Shown here: positions 11,620 through 24,720 of the stretch, one piece after another
Position numbering within the stretch: the first letter of the stretch is position 1
How the letters are laid out: each line of letters starts with the position of its first letter
From: Negaprion brevirostris
Lineage: Eukaryota
Assembly (NCBI GenBank): GCA_030324005.1
Contig: JARDVH010000031.1
Span: forward strand, 38,234,442 to 38,298,441
Reading direction: 5' to 3'
Length of the DNA: 64,000 bases
Notes under the pieces: model-generated
Told to the model about the DNA's origin: nothing
Database searches by the model: none
Seen by the model: only the letters and a program-made list of their open reading frames with translations
Translations under genes and position numbers: made by a program

Positions 11620-13721
11620 GTATGTATTCCTTTAGAAAATTCCTAAATTAACAATGTTGCAGCAAACGTAATGACTGTATCACCAGGCTCTGAACTCATT
11701 TAGTAAATTTGCTGAAAAATTCCTCTGCTTACAGAAATGATTAATATGAATTATTTCAAAACCGTATTTTCAATTCACAAGAGAAGAATAGTTTATTTAG
11801 TTCAATCACGTATTCTCTGCTTGAATGCAGGTCATTGGCTCATCACTATTGCTTCATCTTGAGCTACTTTCTTAGCAATTTGTTTTTCCCCAGTGGTGGC
11901 TTTGTCATTGCCTTCCACTCTCGGAGGCATGACAAGGAGATGGCTCTCAGGTCTATTTCACCTCAGATCAGAATCAAACCAATACCACGGATATTTTTCT
12001 GAATCATATGCTAGCCATCTGGGTAATTGAGCTAACCAGCGCCATTGAATTTAGTTATATAAAAAGGCTCATGACAATTTTGAGCGGTTAGGAATATTGA
12101 TAGGTGTACGTTTTTAGCTTGATTGAATGTAAATAAACAGCTTTTTACAATGTAAATATTATTCTAACAAATTGCAATTATAAGGCACCATTCATGTAAA
12201 TCACGCCAAGGTGTTTCAATGTAGTGTTATTAATTAAAAAATTGACTCCAAACTACATAAAATATTTGGACAGGCAATACAAAAGCTTGGTAAAAGACCT
12301 GGAAAGGCTTTGGAAGGGATCTGGTGGTGGTGGTGGTGGCGTTGGTTACTCAACTACTTATGCTCCACGGTTTGGAGAGTACGTTAAGTAGTTTAGTAAA
12401 TTCAGAGAAAATACCAACGGCTCAGGGCCTCGACTGTCGGACTTGGAGCAATGTAAAGATCTCAAAGGGTGGTTTTGGTTGGAGGAAGTCACAGACATAA
12501 GCTGGAGCAAGGCCAGAAAGAGATTGGAAAACAAAGCTAAGAATTTTAAAATCAAGGTGTTGCTGGGCCAGCAATCAATGCAAACCAGCAAACACAAGGA
12601 AATTAAGTGAACAGTGGGTTAGAATATGGGCAGCAATGTGGAAAATAGGTGGCGGGTCAGATCAGCATTGGAATAGCCTAGTCTAGACGCAACAAAGTTT
12701 TTCCAGCTAGATGGAGAAAGATTCCAGTGTGTGTCAAGTGGGAAAGTCTCAGTAAATGTTGTTGGACATTGAAATCCTGGTGTCATAATATCCTCTTCCG
12801 TCTTTCTCTGAGAAACCCCTTTAAGTCGGCAGGAAAGCATTTAAGGTACTGAAATGGAAATGTTTCTTTCCCTAAAGTTCACGGCATCCACGGCTGTGTC
12901 TAGACCTTGCTAGGGTGACTGCGGTGAATGCACTGTGGGAAGAGCTACTTCAGTGAAACTGACAAGCTGGAAAGGTTTTGATCAGTTACACTGAAGGGGT
13001 TCCAGTCCTGACCATTGAGAAATTTGTTCAAAGCCCTTCTTAGCCATGAGTCTTTTCTGGTTGAAGACCTGTGGCTGCAGAATGAGGCCCTCATGTGGCC
13101 ACTTAAGAGCTTCATTTGGCTTCTGGGCAGGAAAGCTGTTCACAACCCTTCCCACTCTGGTCAAATCACAGAGAGTCAGGAAGGCAATGGAGTCTCTTCC
13201 CAAAGTCTCTCTGTTCCTGCACTGTCTCTAATATTGTACTATATATAGCCTCTGCCTCGTTCTTGCTTCCAAATGCATGACTTCAAACTTCTCTGTGCTA
13301 AGTTTAGGCTCCATGTGTCTGCCCATTTCAGAGGAAGCCTTTGTCCTCTCGATGTCTGGGACTATCCTCCTCACTGTTTACTACTTTCCTGAGTTTTGTG
13401 CCATCTGAAAACTTGTAAATCATTCTCCTTATACTCACCACAGGTCACTCATAAGTATCTAAATGATGAGTAGTTCTAATCCCATCTCAAGTGAGCACCA
13501 CTGTCTGAAAAATATTCACACTTACTCTCTGCTTTTTGTCCCTCAGCCAATCTGGTATCCTTACCACCACTGCTCATGTAATCTCTTGGGCTTCACGTGT
13601 TACATAGAAGGTTTTGTCATTTTATGCAGTTTTTGTCATACAGGTGTTCTTAAAAGAAATATGTTTGAAACCAAGCACATTATGAATTTAATATAATTAG
13701 CCTGTTGGTCAATCTCCTATT

Positions 13722-13990
13722 TTAAAGTTTATTTATTATTGTCACACATAGTTTTACATTAACACTGCAGTGAAGTTACTGTGAAAATCCCCCGAGTCGC
13801 CACACTTTGACGTCTGTACAGGTACACAGAGAGAATTCAGCACCAGTATGTCTTTCAGACTGTGGGAGGAAACTGGAGCACCTGGTGGAAACCCACACAG
13901 GCACTGGCAGAGTGTGCAGACTCCACACAAACAGTAATTGAACCTGGGTCCTTGGTACTATGAGGCAGCAGTGTGAGTCACTGTGCAGCC
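13722..13990 (-). mobile_element. HE1/V-SINE-type SINE
   Basis: Tail taaagtttatttattattgtcac..., core gactgtgggaggaaactggagcacc, antisense tRNA-like head. Confidence 0.8.
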
Positions 13991-14298
13991 CTTTCTTTCT
14001 TTGTTATTTTCTTTGTTCTTAGATGTTACCACCATTAAATTTAACAACAGCCATGAAATGACCTTACTTCCTCTGCTGTCTGGTTTTCTGACGGAAGAAC
14101 AGTATTGTGAATTGCTATGTTTATTTGTTGAAGAATTCTACAGTAGAAACTGCAGACTTGATGGTGAAAAACAATACTGGGGTCGTTATCAAAGTGCCAC
14201 CTAGTGGTACAGCAGTAAAACTAACACTCATAAGGGGAGCATGGTGTACTTAACAAATTCAATATATTATAAATACTGTTTGTTTTTTGTTTTTTAAG

Positions 14299-15281
14299 GA
14301 ACCCTTAAATGTCAACTTGGATGGATTAATGAGCAACCAAATCACTGATTCAGTTCCAGAAGATCCATATTCACAAGAAGCTACAGAGTTATTTCATCCG
14401 TCCACTGAAGGCAGCACAGTGACTGATGGAGATGTACAAAACGAATCTTTAGTAGATGAAACCCTATCTGTCGAAGAATATGAATGCATGTCACCTGATG
14501 ACATTTCTTTGCCTCCACTTCCTGAGACTCCAGAATCGAATATACTCCATTCTGAAACAGAAGTGGATAAAATGTCCAGGTTGAGTTCCCACAGTCTATT
14601 TGCTGGGTCTTACAGTGGCCAATCACAGATGCAAGCAAGCTGTAGCAGAATGACTGACAACTCTGACCTGCCGGCACCTGTTGGCACTGCTGATACCATA
14701 AATCACTCAAGATCACAAGTTCATAGTGGGTCAGATTGTCGTTCCTCATCTCGTCCAAATCACAGCACTGAGCCCTGCACAAAATACAGATCTGAGTCTT
14801 CCTCATTTATCCACAGCCCACTGACAATTCCTACACCCAATATTGTTTCGAGCATGCATTTTATAAAATCCCAGTCGGTAACTAATTCATCAGCCTGTGA
14901 TTCTTTCTCTGAAGTGCATGAGACACAGCTACAGACTTACAATATGCATGAAAGTGTGACTGAAACTCAGGAGTTGCTGCATGGTCATAATCGGAGCTGT
15001 TTTGGAAAAGAATTGAGTTCTAACAAAAATAGCGTATATGCTTCACCTGAACCACTAACAGTGCCCTGCAATATAGATCAATCAGTGCATGATACAAGCT
15101 TTCGTATGGATACTGTGGTCGGAGAGGAAATCAGACGTACGTCAAGAAGCACAACCACGTGCAACCTGGCTAGCAACACACCCAACTTCTCCAAGCTCTT
15201 GTCTAATGTCAATGTGCTAGAAGGTTCTCCTGTGACCTTGGAAATAGAAGTAACAGGATTCCCAGAACCAACTTTGACGTG
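14299..15281 (+). CDS. CCDC141: CCDC141 penultimate exon: Ser-rich region plus first half of the I-set Ig domain (PNFSKLLSNVNVLEGSPVTLEIEVTGFPEPTLTW)
   Basis: Polypyrimidine tract plus taag| acceptor; ORF 14287-15309; contains EEYECMSPDDISLPPLPETPES and the Ig start that I recognise from CCDC141; TG|GTGGGT donor at 15282 (phase 2). Confidence 0.93.
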
Positions 15282-16139
15282 GTGGGTAACATATAACAAG
15301 CAACAATAATTCAAAGTTAAATTGCTTCCATTTGGGAACATTTCATATTACATGAAGATACATTTAGCTCCTCAGCATGAGCTGTTGACCATAGGTCTGA
15401 TGCTTTTTTGTGTTATTATAACCTAAGTCTAGACATAATTTTTTTCACTATTCAGTTAAGATCATTTTCTAGAAAGCTTGAAGAATATATGAGAAGTTTA
15501 ATAACCCATGAAACCACAAGATAAATTAATTGGAAATTGAATAATATAATTACATGATTAATTAAAGCACATTAAGGATGGCATAGCAGATGACATGAAA
15601 ATAGTGCAGCCTGTGGGTTCTCCTGGATGCTGTTGTGACCTAGAGCAAACGCATCTGCAGTTAGTGTTTCAGCTGGAGGAGCTTCAACTCAGTTATTGAG
15701 CTGGAGGCCGAGGTGTAGACACTCACATCAAGGAAGGAGAATGTTACCTGGATTTTTTTTACCAGGACATAGTCACTCCATTTAGAATATGGTCCTCTGA
15801 TTTGGTCAGTGGTCAGGGACTGGATAGTGTGACTGGAAGTGAAGCAGGGAAGGGGACTCAGAGGGAAGCAGTGCTGGAACTTAAGCTTTTGCAATTGTCC
15901 ATTAGGTTTGAGGCTCTCTCAGTTTGTTTGGGTGAGAGTGGGGGCTGCAGGGTGCATGAATGAACTAACCAAATATCCGTAGTACAAGAAACCATCCAAG
16001 TGGAGGAACAGTTAAAAGGAACATAGTGGTTGTAGGGGACAGTACAGTGACGGGATTGGCACTGTTCTTCTCAGCAAAGAGTATGAAGCCAGACTGCTAT
16101 GTTGTCTACCCGATAGCAGAATTTGGGATGGTCTTTAGG

Positions 16140-18772
16140 TAAGTTCTGGAATGGCACATCATTGCTTCAGACAATATAGAGGGAAGCCATGGGATAGGAG
16201 AGAATATGTGATGAAGCAGAACAGTGCTTTTCTTTAGCATTGAAGGCTTCATGTTACCTGGTCATCTTGGACTTTGCGAGTGCCCAGGGTGGCTATGAGG
16301 GCACATTGGTTGTGTGGAAGAGGAGACATTTCGATATCAGGCAGTCAAGTGTTTGAACCCATCATACTCATGTGCTCTGCCCCCATATTAGGATTAGGAT
16401 AAATACAGCTCAAGATCCTTAACTTAAACTGCTGACTGAGTTATTTCTAAGTGTAGTCACAGTAGCAATATTTTACCGGCTGCCTTCTCCCATGTATTAC
16501 ATTTCTGCTTCAACTTCACTCTAACACATTGTGGAATATGCATTGGTTCTGATGGAACTCCTTGAAGAGGCCTACCAGATGAAGACATGCAGCCACCTGG
16601 TTACTGAGGACTGTGCAGGTGCTCCTAAGTCTTGTAGGGTGCTGTTGCAACTGGGATGCTGGAGACATGTATGAAGAAGCACTACTTTTTGCCATCTGAT
16701 GCTGGGATGCCCTTCTCCAGGTAGCAACTCATCTCTGCACAGACACATACCCACGAAATTTGTTCATCCTTCAAAGAATCGGTGTCATGGGAGCATTCTG
16801 TGCAATGTTGCTTTGTCATCTGGAAGTTCTTGGGTGAAATCAGAGAAATAACAATGCTGTTGGTCATGCTGGCCCATGATGGAGGTGAGTTGTTCCAGAA
16901 AACCCTCAGTGCATCTCATCATTCTGGAATCTGCTGGCAGTGGGGGCTTGATGAGCATTCCTGTCTCTTCTGGCCTGTGAAATGGCCTCTTCATCTGCAT
17001 CCTTAACTTTCACAATCTCAACTTCATCAACACAGTGGTTAGCACTTCTGCCTCACAGCACCAGGGATATGGGTTCGATTCCTGGCTTGAGTCACTGTCT
17101 GCGTGGAATTTGCACATTCTACACGTGTCTGTGTGCATTTCCTCTGGGTGCTCTGGTTTCATCCCACTGTCCAAAGTTCGGTGGATTGGCCATGCTAAAT
17201 TGCCCCTTAATACCGGGGGACTAGGTAGAGTGTTATGTTGTGCATGGAGTTATGGGGATAGGGCCTGAGTGGGATTATGGTGGGTGCAGACTTGATGGGC
17301 TGAATGGCCTCCTTCTGCACTGTAGGATTCTATCATCCCCTTTAAGGTCCTCCACAACAGAGGAGGCCTGTAGCTCCACCATCTTATCATCTGCCAAGTC
17401 CTCCCTACTTTGTAGTGCCAGGTTGTTAGTGAGCAGCAAGCCACAATGATGCTTGAGACCTTCTGGGAAGTGCACTGCAATGCTCTGCCAGATCTGTCCA
17501 GGTATCATAAATGTATTTTCAGGATCCTTATGTTGTGTTTCATCAGTGTTCGGGTTGATCCACGCTATAGCTTCTCTCAGCAGGTGTCTGAGGACGCTGC
17601 ACAGGCATCATCCACCATGTCCTTTGTGGGTAACCCTTGTCCCTGAAGAGCCAGACCTGAATCCAGTGTGGCTACTCGAAGATGTCAGGGATCTTGAGAG
17701 CTACTCATTATGTACAAGTCATGGAGACTTTGAGTACCTGGCACAAACCTGCATGATAAGTTTGTTACGGTTACTCATCAGCTGCACATTGATCCAGTAG
17801 TAGCCCTTCCAGTTGGCATACTGGACTGACTGTTGCCAGGGAGCTTTTATAGCCACATGAGTGCAGTCAATGGCACCCTGTACCTGTAGGAAATCAGAAA
17901 TCTTATCAAAGCCCAATATTGTTGCGTCCTGGTTTACTAGATCTCTCTTGACATTGACAAAATTGTGTTCCTTTGTAAAAATGTCTTCAGTANNNNNNNN
18001 NNNNNNNNNNNNNNNNNNNNNNNNNNNNNNNNNNNNNNNNNNNNNNNNNNNNNNNNNNNNNNNNNNNNNNNNNNNNNNNNNNNNNNNNNNNNACCTCTTG
18101 TGGACACTGGGGAGATCCTGCAGAGGTCCCTAGTAGAGCCCAAGAAGGAGCCACAAGCATAGAAGTTGAGGGAAGCAGTTACTTTCACAACCACTGGCAT
18201 TGGACGGGATGCCCTCCAACTCATCTTTGCATCAAGACCTGCAAAATGTGGCAAATGTGAGTCAGCAGACCTCTTGACATACAAAAGCATCTGTGACACT
18301 GGTTCTCGCTCATCTACAGCTAACATGTGCAATGTCTATACACCCTGGATCACGCAAGACACGTATGAATGTTTGAAGATCATACTCTGTCTTTGGAGGA
18401 GGACCTGCTGCTGCTGATCCCTGCAGATGATGCGCAATCTGAAGAGGATTTAAGCGGCCACTGCGCAAGATATGCAAACTGACATTGGAGTCCTGAGCAA
18501 AGCTACATATCATTTAATTTCTGTTGTGAAACACGTTGTTCTAATTACTCCAGCATGGAGAAATGAATCCTGTGAGCAGATATCATAATGAGATGCTACT
18601 TTCTGCTAATTGCATTCATGATGGTCGGCTGTGAAAAACATGGCCCACCATTGGCAGGTGAACTGCACAGTTGCTTCCTCATTTTACATTGCCATAAAAC
18701 TGTTTTTGGGCCTTCTCGCGCGAATGAGTTCATTACGACACCAGCTGCGATCGGGAACGGAAAACTGCAGCC
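16140..18772 (-). mobile_element. Decayed PIF/Harbinger DNA transposon with HARBI1-like DDE transposase pseudogene (about 17400-18480)
   Basis: Peptides VKVTASLNFYACGSF, QVQGAIDCTHVAIKAP, NWKGYYWINVQL and QVCARY are diagnostic of DDE_Tnp_4/HARBI1-type transposases; TIR-like end ggaaaactgcagcc at 18772. Confidence 0.88.
17030..17335 (+). mobile_element. HE1/V-SINE-type SINE nested in the Harbinger element
   Basis: cacagtggttagcact...gggttcgattcc head, core and CR1-like tail. Confidence 0.85.
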
Positions 18773-21700
18773 AAAGACTGGTGCAGGAGATGTGGGTTCT
18801 AGTTTGTGGTACAGTGGCACCAGTATTGGAGAATGTGGTGGCTATACTGTTGGGATGGTTTCCACCTGAAGCCTGTTGGGACCAGCTGAACTGCATAACT
18901 GGGAAAGTACAGAGAGTTTTAAACTAAATAGTGGAGGCAAGAGATCAAATTTGAGAAGATGTGGTAAATTAAAGAGTAGAGTAAAGGAAAGAGGGCGAGC
19001 TATTAATCTGGGAAGTACTGATCAAACTGCGACAGGGTGGGACAGAGGATACAGGGAGAACAAATCCTAGAGTAAATCAGCATAAAGATACAAAAATAAT
19101 ATAAGGACAAAAACTAAAGACTCTGTATCTGAATGTAACATTGAAAACAAAACTGATGAACTGAGACAGCAAATAGAAGTAAATCAGTTTAATCTGATAG
19201 CCATTACAGAGACATTGTTGTAGGATGGCTTAGATTGGAACCTGAATATTGAAGGATATGTGGAAGGACAAGAAGCTAGGAAAAGGTGGAGGAATGGCTC
19301 TGTTAATTAATGGTGTAATTAGCTCATTTGTGAGGTACAACCCAAGTTCAGGAACCAGGATGTAGAAATGGTTAGTGATCAAAAATGATAGAGGCAAGAA
19401 GTCACTTGTGGGAGTAGTGTACAGGCCCCTTAACAGTAACCATATGGTAGGGTGGGGTACAAAGGAAGAAATGATGGGAGCTTATCGGAAAGATATGGTG
19501 ATAATCATGAGGGATTTTAATCTGCATATAGATGGGCAAACCAGATCGGCAAAGGAAACCTAGGTGAGGAATTCATAGAATGTTTTTGTGATAGTTTCTT
19601 AATATACCACATCTGGCACCAACCCAGAGGACAGGGCATACTAGAGCTGGTATTGTGTAACAAGATAAGACTGATGAATGACTTAATTGTGAAGGTGCTC
19701 CTAAGTAGCAGCAATCATAATATGATTGAAGTTTACAATTAGTTTGAAGGAGAAAAGAATGAGTCCAAAACTAATATTTTAAACTTAAATAAAAACAATT
19801 ATGAGGGCATGGGAGCAGAGCTAGCTAAAATAAACCGGAAAATTAGATTAAGGGACAGGTCAGTGGAGATGCACATTTGGTGGCATATTTCAGAATATAT
19901 ACAATAAATATATTCCAACAAGAAAGAAAAATTCCAAGGGCAGGATCACCATCAGGAGTCAACTAAAATAAAAGATAGTATCCAACTTAAANNNNNNNNN
20001 NGTAACAGATCAGATGATTAGACAATATAAAAGCAGCAAAGAATAACCAAAAGATTAATAAGGAGGGAAAAATTAGAGTACGAAAGAAAGATGGCTAGAA
20101 ACATAAAGGCAGATAGTAAGAGTTTCTATAGATATTCAAAAAAGGAAAGCGTTAACAAATTGAGCATTTAGTTCTATAGAAAGTAAGTCTGAGGAATTAA
20201 GGAAAATGTGGAGATGGCAGATGAATTGAACAGATATTTTGTATCTGTCTTCACTATAGATGATTCAAGTAACATCCCAGAAATCGCTGTACATCAGGAA
20301 ACAGGAGGGGGGATGTCTGGAAAGTTACCATCAGCAGGGAAGTGCTACTAAGAAAATTGTTGAAACTATGGGCTGGGAAGTCACAGGTGCTGTGGATTTT
20401 ATCGTCAAAAAAGGTGGCTAGTGAGATAGTTGATTGTGGGTTTTAATTTTCTAAAATTCCCTAGATTCAAGGAAAATTCCATTAGATTGGAAATTTTACA
20501 ATTTATGTCAATAAGTTAGATGAAGGGACCAAAGGAATGGTTGTTAAATTTGCAGAGGACAAAAAGATTAATGGGACAGTAAGATATTAAAAGGCTACAT
20601 CGGTTCAGGGCAAAGATCTGGCAAATGGAGTATAATTTGGGACATTGTCAATTTTGGCAGGAAGAATAAAAAAGTAGTTCATTATCTAAATGGTGAGAGA
20701 TTGCAGAACACGTGTGCTGCAAAGGAATCCAGGTTCCTGGTGCATGAATCACAAAAGGCTAGTATGTAGATGCATCATGTAATTAGGAATGTTAATAGAA
20801 TGTTATCATTTATTGCAAGGGGAATTTAATACAAAAGTAGAGAGGTTACGCTGCAGTTATACAGAACATTGATGAGACTGTATCTGGAGTATTGTGTACA
20901 GTACTAGTCTCCTCATTTAAGTAAGGATGTATTTGAAGCAATTTAGAAAATGTTTACTAAACTAATACCTGGAATAGATGGGTTATCTTTTGAGGAGAAA
21001 TTGGAGAGGCCAGGTTTGTATCCGCTAGACTTTAGAAGAGGTCTGACAGGGTTGATATGGAGAGGATGTTTCCTCTTGAGGGAGAATCTAGTACTGGGGT
21101 CCACTGCTTAAAAATAAGTTGTCGCCTATTTAAGATGGAGATGAGGAGAACTTTTTTCTTACAGCATTTCAAGTCTTTGGAACTCTCTTCCTTAAAAGGT
21201 GATGGAAACAGAATCTTTTAATATTTTTTAAGGCTGAGGTAGCTAGATTCTTGATAAGCAAGGGGGTGAAAAGTTATGGTAGACAGGAATGTGGGGTTGA
21301 AGTTTGAATCAGATCAGCTATGATCTTACTGAATAACAGAATAGGGTTGAAGGGCTCCTAATTCATATGTTAATTTTACAATTCTCCTGGCATGCACAAA
21401 ATTGTGTGTAAATTGTTACAGGACAATTACTGTTTAAAATCTTCCAGCAGCCATTGGATTTTGACATCTTCAGTACATAGAATTATTAGGACAGCTGAAT
21501 AACTTGTCTGAACAGCTATTACAAGATGGCCTTGGCTGCCATATATTACACTTACTATGACCAGTAGCTTCCTCCACAAGAGAAAGGTGGAAATGTGGTA
21601 GAGGGAATGTAACAGACAGTGACAAGGAAGTCTCTTAAGCTCCTCACACTTATTGGAGGTGAGAGTTTTGGGTGCAGGGAATACAAGTTTACAGAAATGC

Positions 21701-21889
21701 TTAGTAGTCAAGAAAAAAGCTCTGAGTTATCTTTGTATTCCCAAATAATCCTGATCAGTTTTGTTAGAACAGAGCAGGTGCCATAGTACTTGAGTTAATC
21801 CAGCCAGACCTAGTGATGAAAGGCTATATCAATTGTGTAACTTTTGCATTGAAGTGTGTCCCCTTCAACTAAAGGGAGCAGAGATGAGG

Positions 21890-22375
21890 GTGGTTTACAG
21901 AAAAGGTTTACCAGGATGTTGCCTGCTTTGGAGAGTATTAACAATGAGAAGAGATTGGACAAACTTGGTTTGTTTTCACTTGAACATTGGAGGCAGTGGA
22001 GCAACCTCAAACTACAATTTACAAAATTATGAGGGGCATGGATGAAATAGATAATCGGTGTCTTCTTCCCAAGATAGAAATGTTAATTACTAGGGCAGAT
22101 AGGTTTAAGGTACAGGGGGGGAAAGTTGAAGGAGATGTGAGAGGCAAATTTGTTTACACAGAGTAATAAATGCCTGGAATGCATTGCCAGAGGAGATGGT
22201 AGAAGCAGATGAAATAGCAACATTTAAGAGGCATCTTGACAGACACATGAATAGGCAGGGATTAGAGGGATTCGGACTGTGTAGAGGCAAAAGATCTTTA
22301 GTTTAGAAAGGCTTCAAGTGTCAGCACAGACTTGGTGGGCCGAAGAACCTGTTCTGTGCCATACTGTTCTTTGTT
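21890..22375 (+). mobile_element. CR1/HER1-like LINE 3' fragment
   Basis: RT C-terminal relic and 3' end ggtgggccgaagaacctgttctgtgccatactgttctttgttctt. Confidence 0.75.
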
Positions 22376-23629
22376 CTTTATCCTTTGATACCAGTTGAAA
22401 GGCCAAGGTGAGAGAGAAAGTTAAGGGTCTAATGAGTGCATTGAAAATGGAGTTGAGGGAGTAGATAAAGAGCTGCAGAGTTATTGTGGTAAACAAAGTG
22501 CCAATGGATGGCTGGAAGTTTGAATGTGTCATTATAAGTGACTTGGAGGAGAGTTTTCTTCAGGGGACGATGCAGAAACTGGAAGGGAGATGTGAATGGT
22601 GAGTAATACAAGGAGTTGATGAGTAATGATCCTTTGCCTGAAATTTACATGATGAAAATTGAGATGACATAGTCAAGGGGATAGTGTGAATATGGGTAAG
22701 TGAATTTTATATGGAGAAAAAGATTAAAGGGGAAGACAGAAAAGGGGGTATGGTAACTTGGCACAGTGATTGAAATCACCAAGGATGAAAAGTCACAGTG
22801 TAGAGGCTGAGGTTGAGGAAATGAGTGAGAAACTTGTGTGGGGCCTCCCTGAGCTGCAGAAGATGAACATTTAAATTGAAAGTTGTTTTAGTGCAAGATA
22901 ACATGCTGAGAAAAGGAGAATGTGTCAAAGAAATAAAGCAACAGACCAAAATGAGATTTGGTGGGAAGGACAACAATGTCACCATGGTGCTGGTGCAGGT
23001 GGACGAATGAATTGTCAAGTATGGCACAGTAAGAGGAAAGGTGTCAATGCCCATATGCCAAGTTTCCATCAAAGCCCATGACATCAATGAAATCATCCAG
23101 AATGGGGTCACGGATGTTGTATACTATGGATGGGATTTTGCACATCCGTCACAGGAAAATCTGTCACGAGAATGGGAGCCTGGAAAATCCCAGCCTATAT
23201 CTAACACACACCAAGAAAATGAGTCTTGTAACCAATCATCATCTAAGCTGTAGAGCGTTTTTTTATGTACACTACTTGAATAGACCTAATGCTTTTGACA
23301 GTATTTAGATTTTGTAGAAGCAACAAGATCAGATGTGGAGACAAAATAATACTATATCATTCCAGTCATTGTCACTTTGAGTTTTCATTATCAGTTTTCA
23401 CTCATCAAAAATTGATAATTCAAGAAACTCAATATGGCAGAACAAAGAAAATCATATTCATCCAAAATAGAAAGGGTGATCTTTACTGTTAATGGAGAAC
23501 ATGTCATCTGAGAAATTATAACTGAAAAGTTTTCAATGAAAACTAGGACCTTGTAATTGCATTACTTTAGAACATTGAAAAGCTGATCTCAATTATCTTG
23601 TTATATCAATCTGACTTCAAGAAAATAGA

Positions 23630-24720
23630 ACATATGAAATAGAAGCAGAACTTGCAGCCTGTTACTCCTGCTTCGTCATGCCATAAGAATGTAACTGATC
23701 TTCTCCTTTAACTTCACTTTGCATCCTACCATCATATCCTTTGACTTCCGTCGTCACCAAAACTCTGTCAATCTCAAATATACCTAATGTCTGAGCATCC
23801 CTCTGGGATCAGAAAGTCTAACGATACATAGCTATGTTGATGAATACATTTCTCTTAATTTCAGTCCCAGAAGATTAAAATTCTTATACTGAAAATATAG
23901 TTTGGTCCTAGACTGCAACTTCTCTGCACCTACCCTGTCAAGTCCTCTAAGGGTTTTATATGTTTCAATGCTATTACCTCTCATTCCTCTATAGACTCAT
24001 TATACTTAATTTCTTCCCATTGGACATCACTCTCATTGTAGGAATCAATCTGGTGAACAACATTGCAACCCCACTTGGGCAAATATATCCTTTCTTAGGT
24101 ACAAGACCAATTCTCTACTCACTATCTCAGGTGTGGGCACACCAAAGCCCGATATAAAAATAACAAGATATTTATCCTTACTCTTGTATTCCAAACTCCT
24201 TGTCGTACAGGTGAACATAGTATTTGCCTTCCTAAATGCGTGCTGTACCTACATATTAATTTTCTAAGCCTTATGAATAAAATCACCAAAATCTGTTTAC
24301 ATCCTAACTTTTACTAGTATCTAACTTCGTAAAATGAATTTGGCTTTTCTTACTATCAAAGTGAAAAATATCAGCCATGATCTTACCATTCACACCACGC
24401 TCCCACTGCAGTGAGATTGGAGAATCTGGCACCCAGCCAAATCTTTGTTCACTACAGCGGGATGGGAAAATCCTGCCAGCGAGAATGATGGCTGGAAGCT
24501 TACAGCCATATTTACAACATCATCCTCCCCATTTTCCATCCCCACTCACTTAACCTGTCTCTCCTTTGCAGCCTCTTCGAATCTTCTTCTCAGTTTACTT
24601 TCCCACCTTTGTATTGTTGGCAAGCTGGAATATACATGATCCCCTTATCTAAGTTTATTCATTTTACATTGTAAATAACTGAAGCCCAAGCTCTGATCTT
24701 TGTTATGCCTTATTAGCACA
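23630..24720 (-). mobile_element. CR1-like LINE fragment containing a ~130 bp MITE (about 24374-24507)
   Basis: Antisense CR1 3' end (agaacatatgaaatagaagcag); the MITE is shared with 50528-50663 (gatcttacc...gggatgggaaaatcctgcca). Confidence 0.6.

Larger units (their letters stand above)
15600..21370 (+). mobile_element. Near full-length decayed CR1 LINE (ORF1 zinc-finger/esterase, ORF2 APE endonuclease + RT), interrupted by a Harbinger element at about 16140-18772
   Basis: ORF1-like VVVGDS and LLCCLP at about 16020-16115; ORF1 resumes at 18773; endonuclease motifs LVGVVYRPLNS and IIMRDFNLHID (19375-19563); RT C-terminal and 3' UTR sequence to about 21370; many stops. Confidence 0.8.

Noticed and set aside
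17719-18332. Functional HARBI1 host gene
   Set aside because: Frameshifts, stops, a SINE insertion nearby and location inside a CR1 indicate a dead transposon copy.
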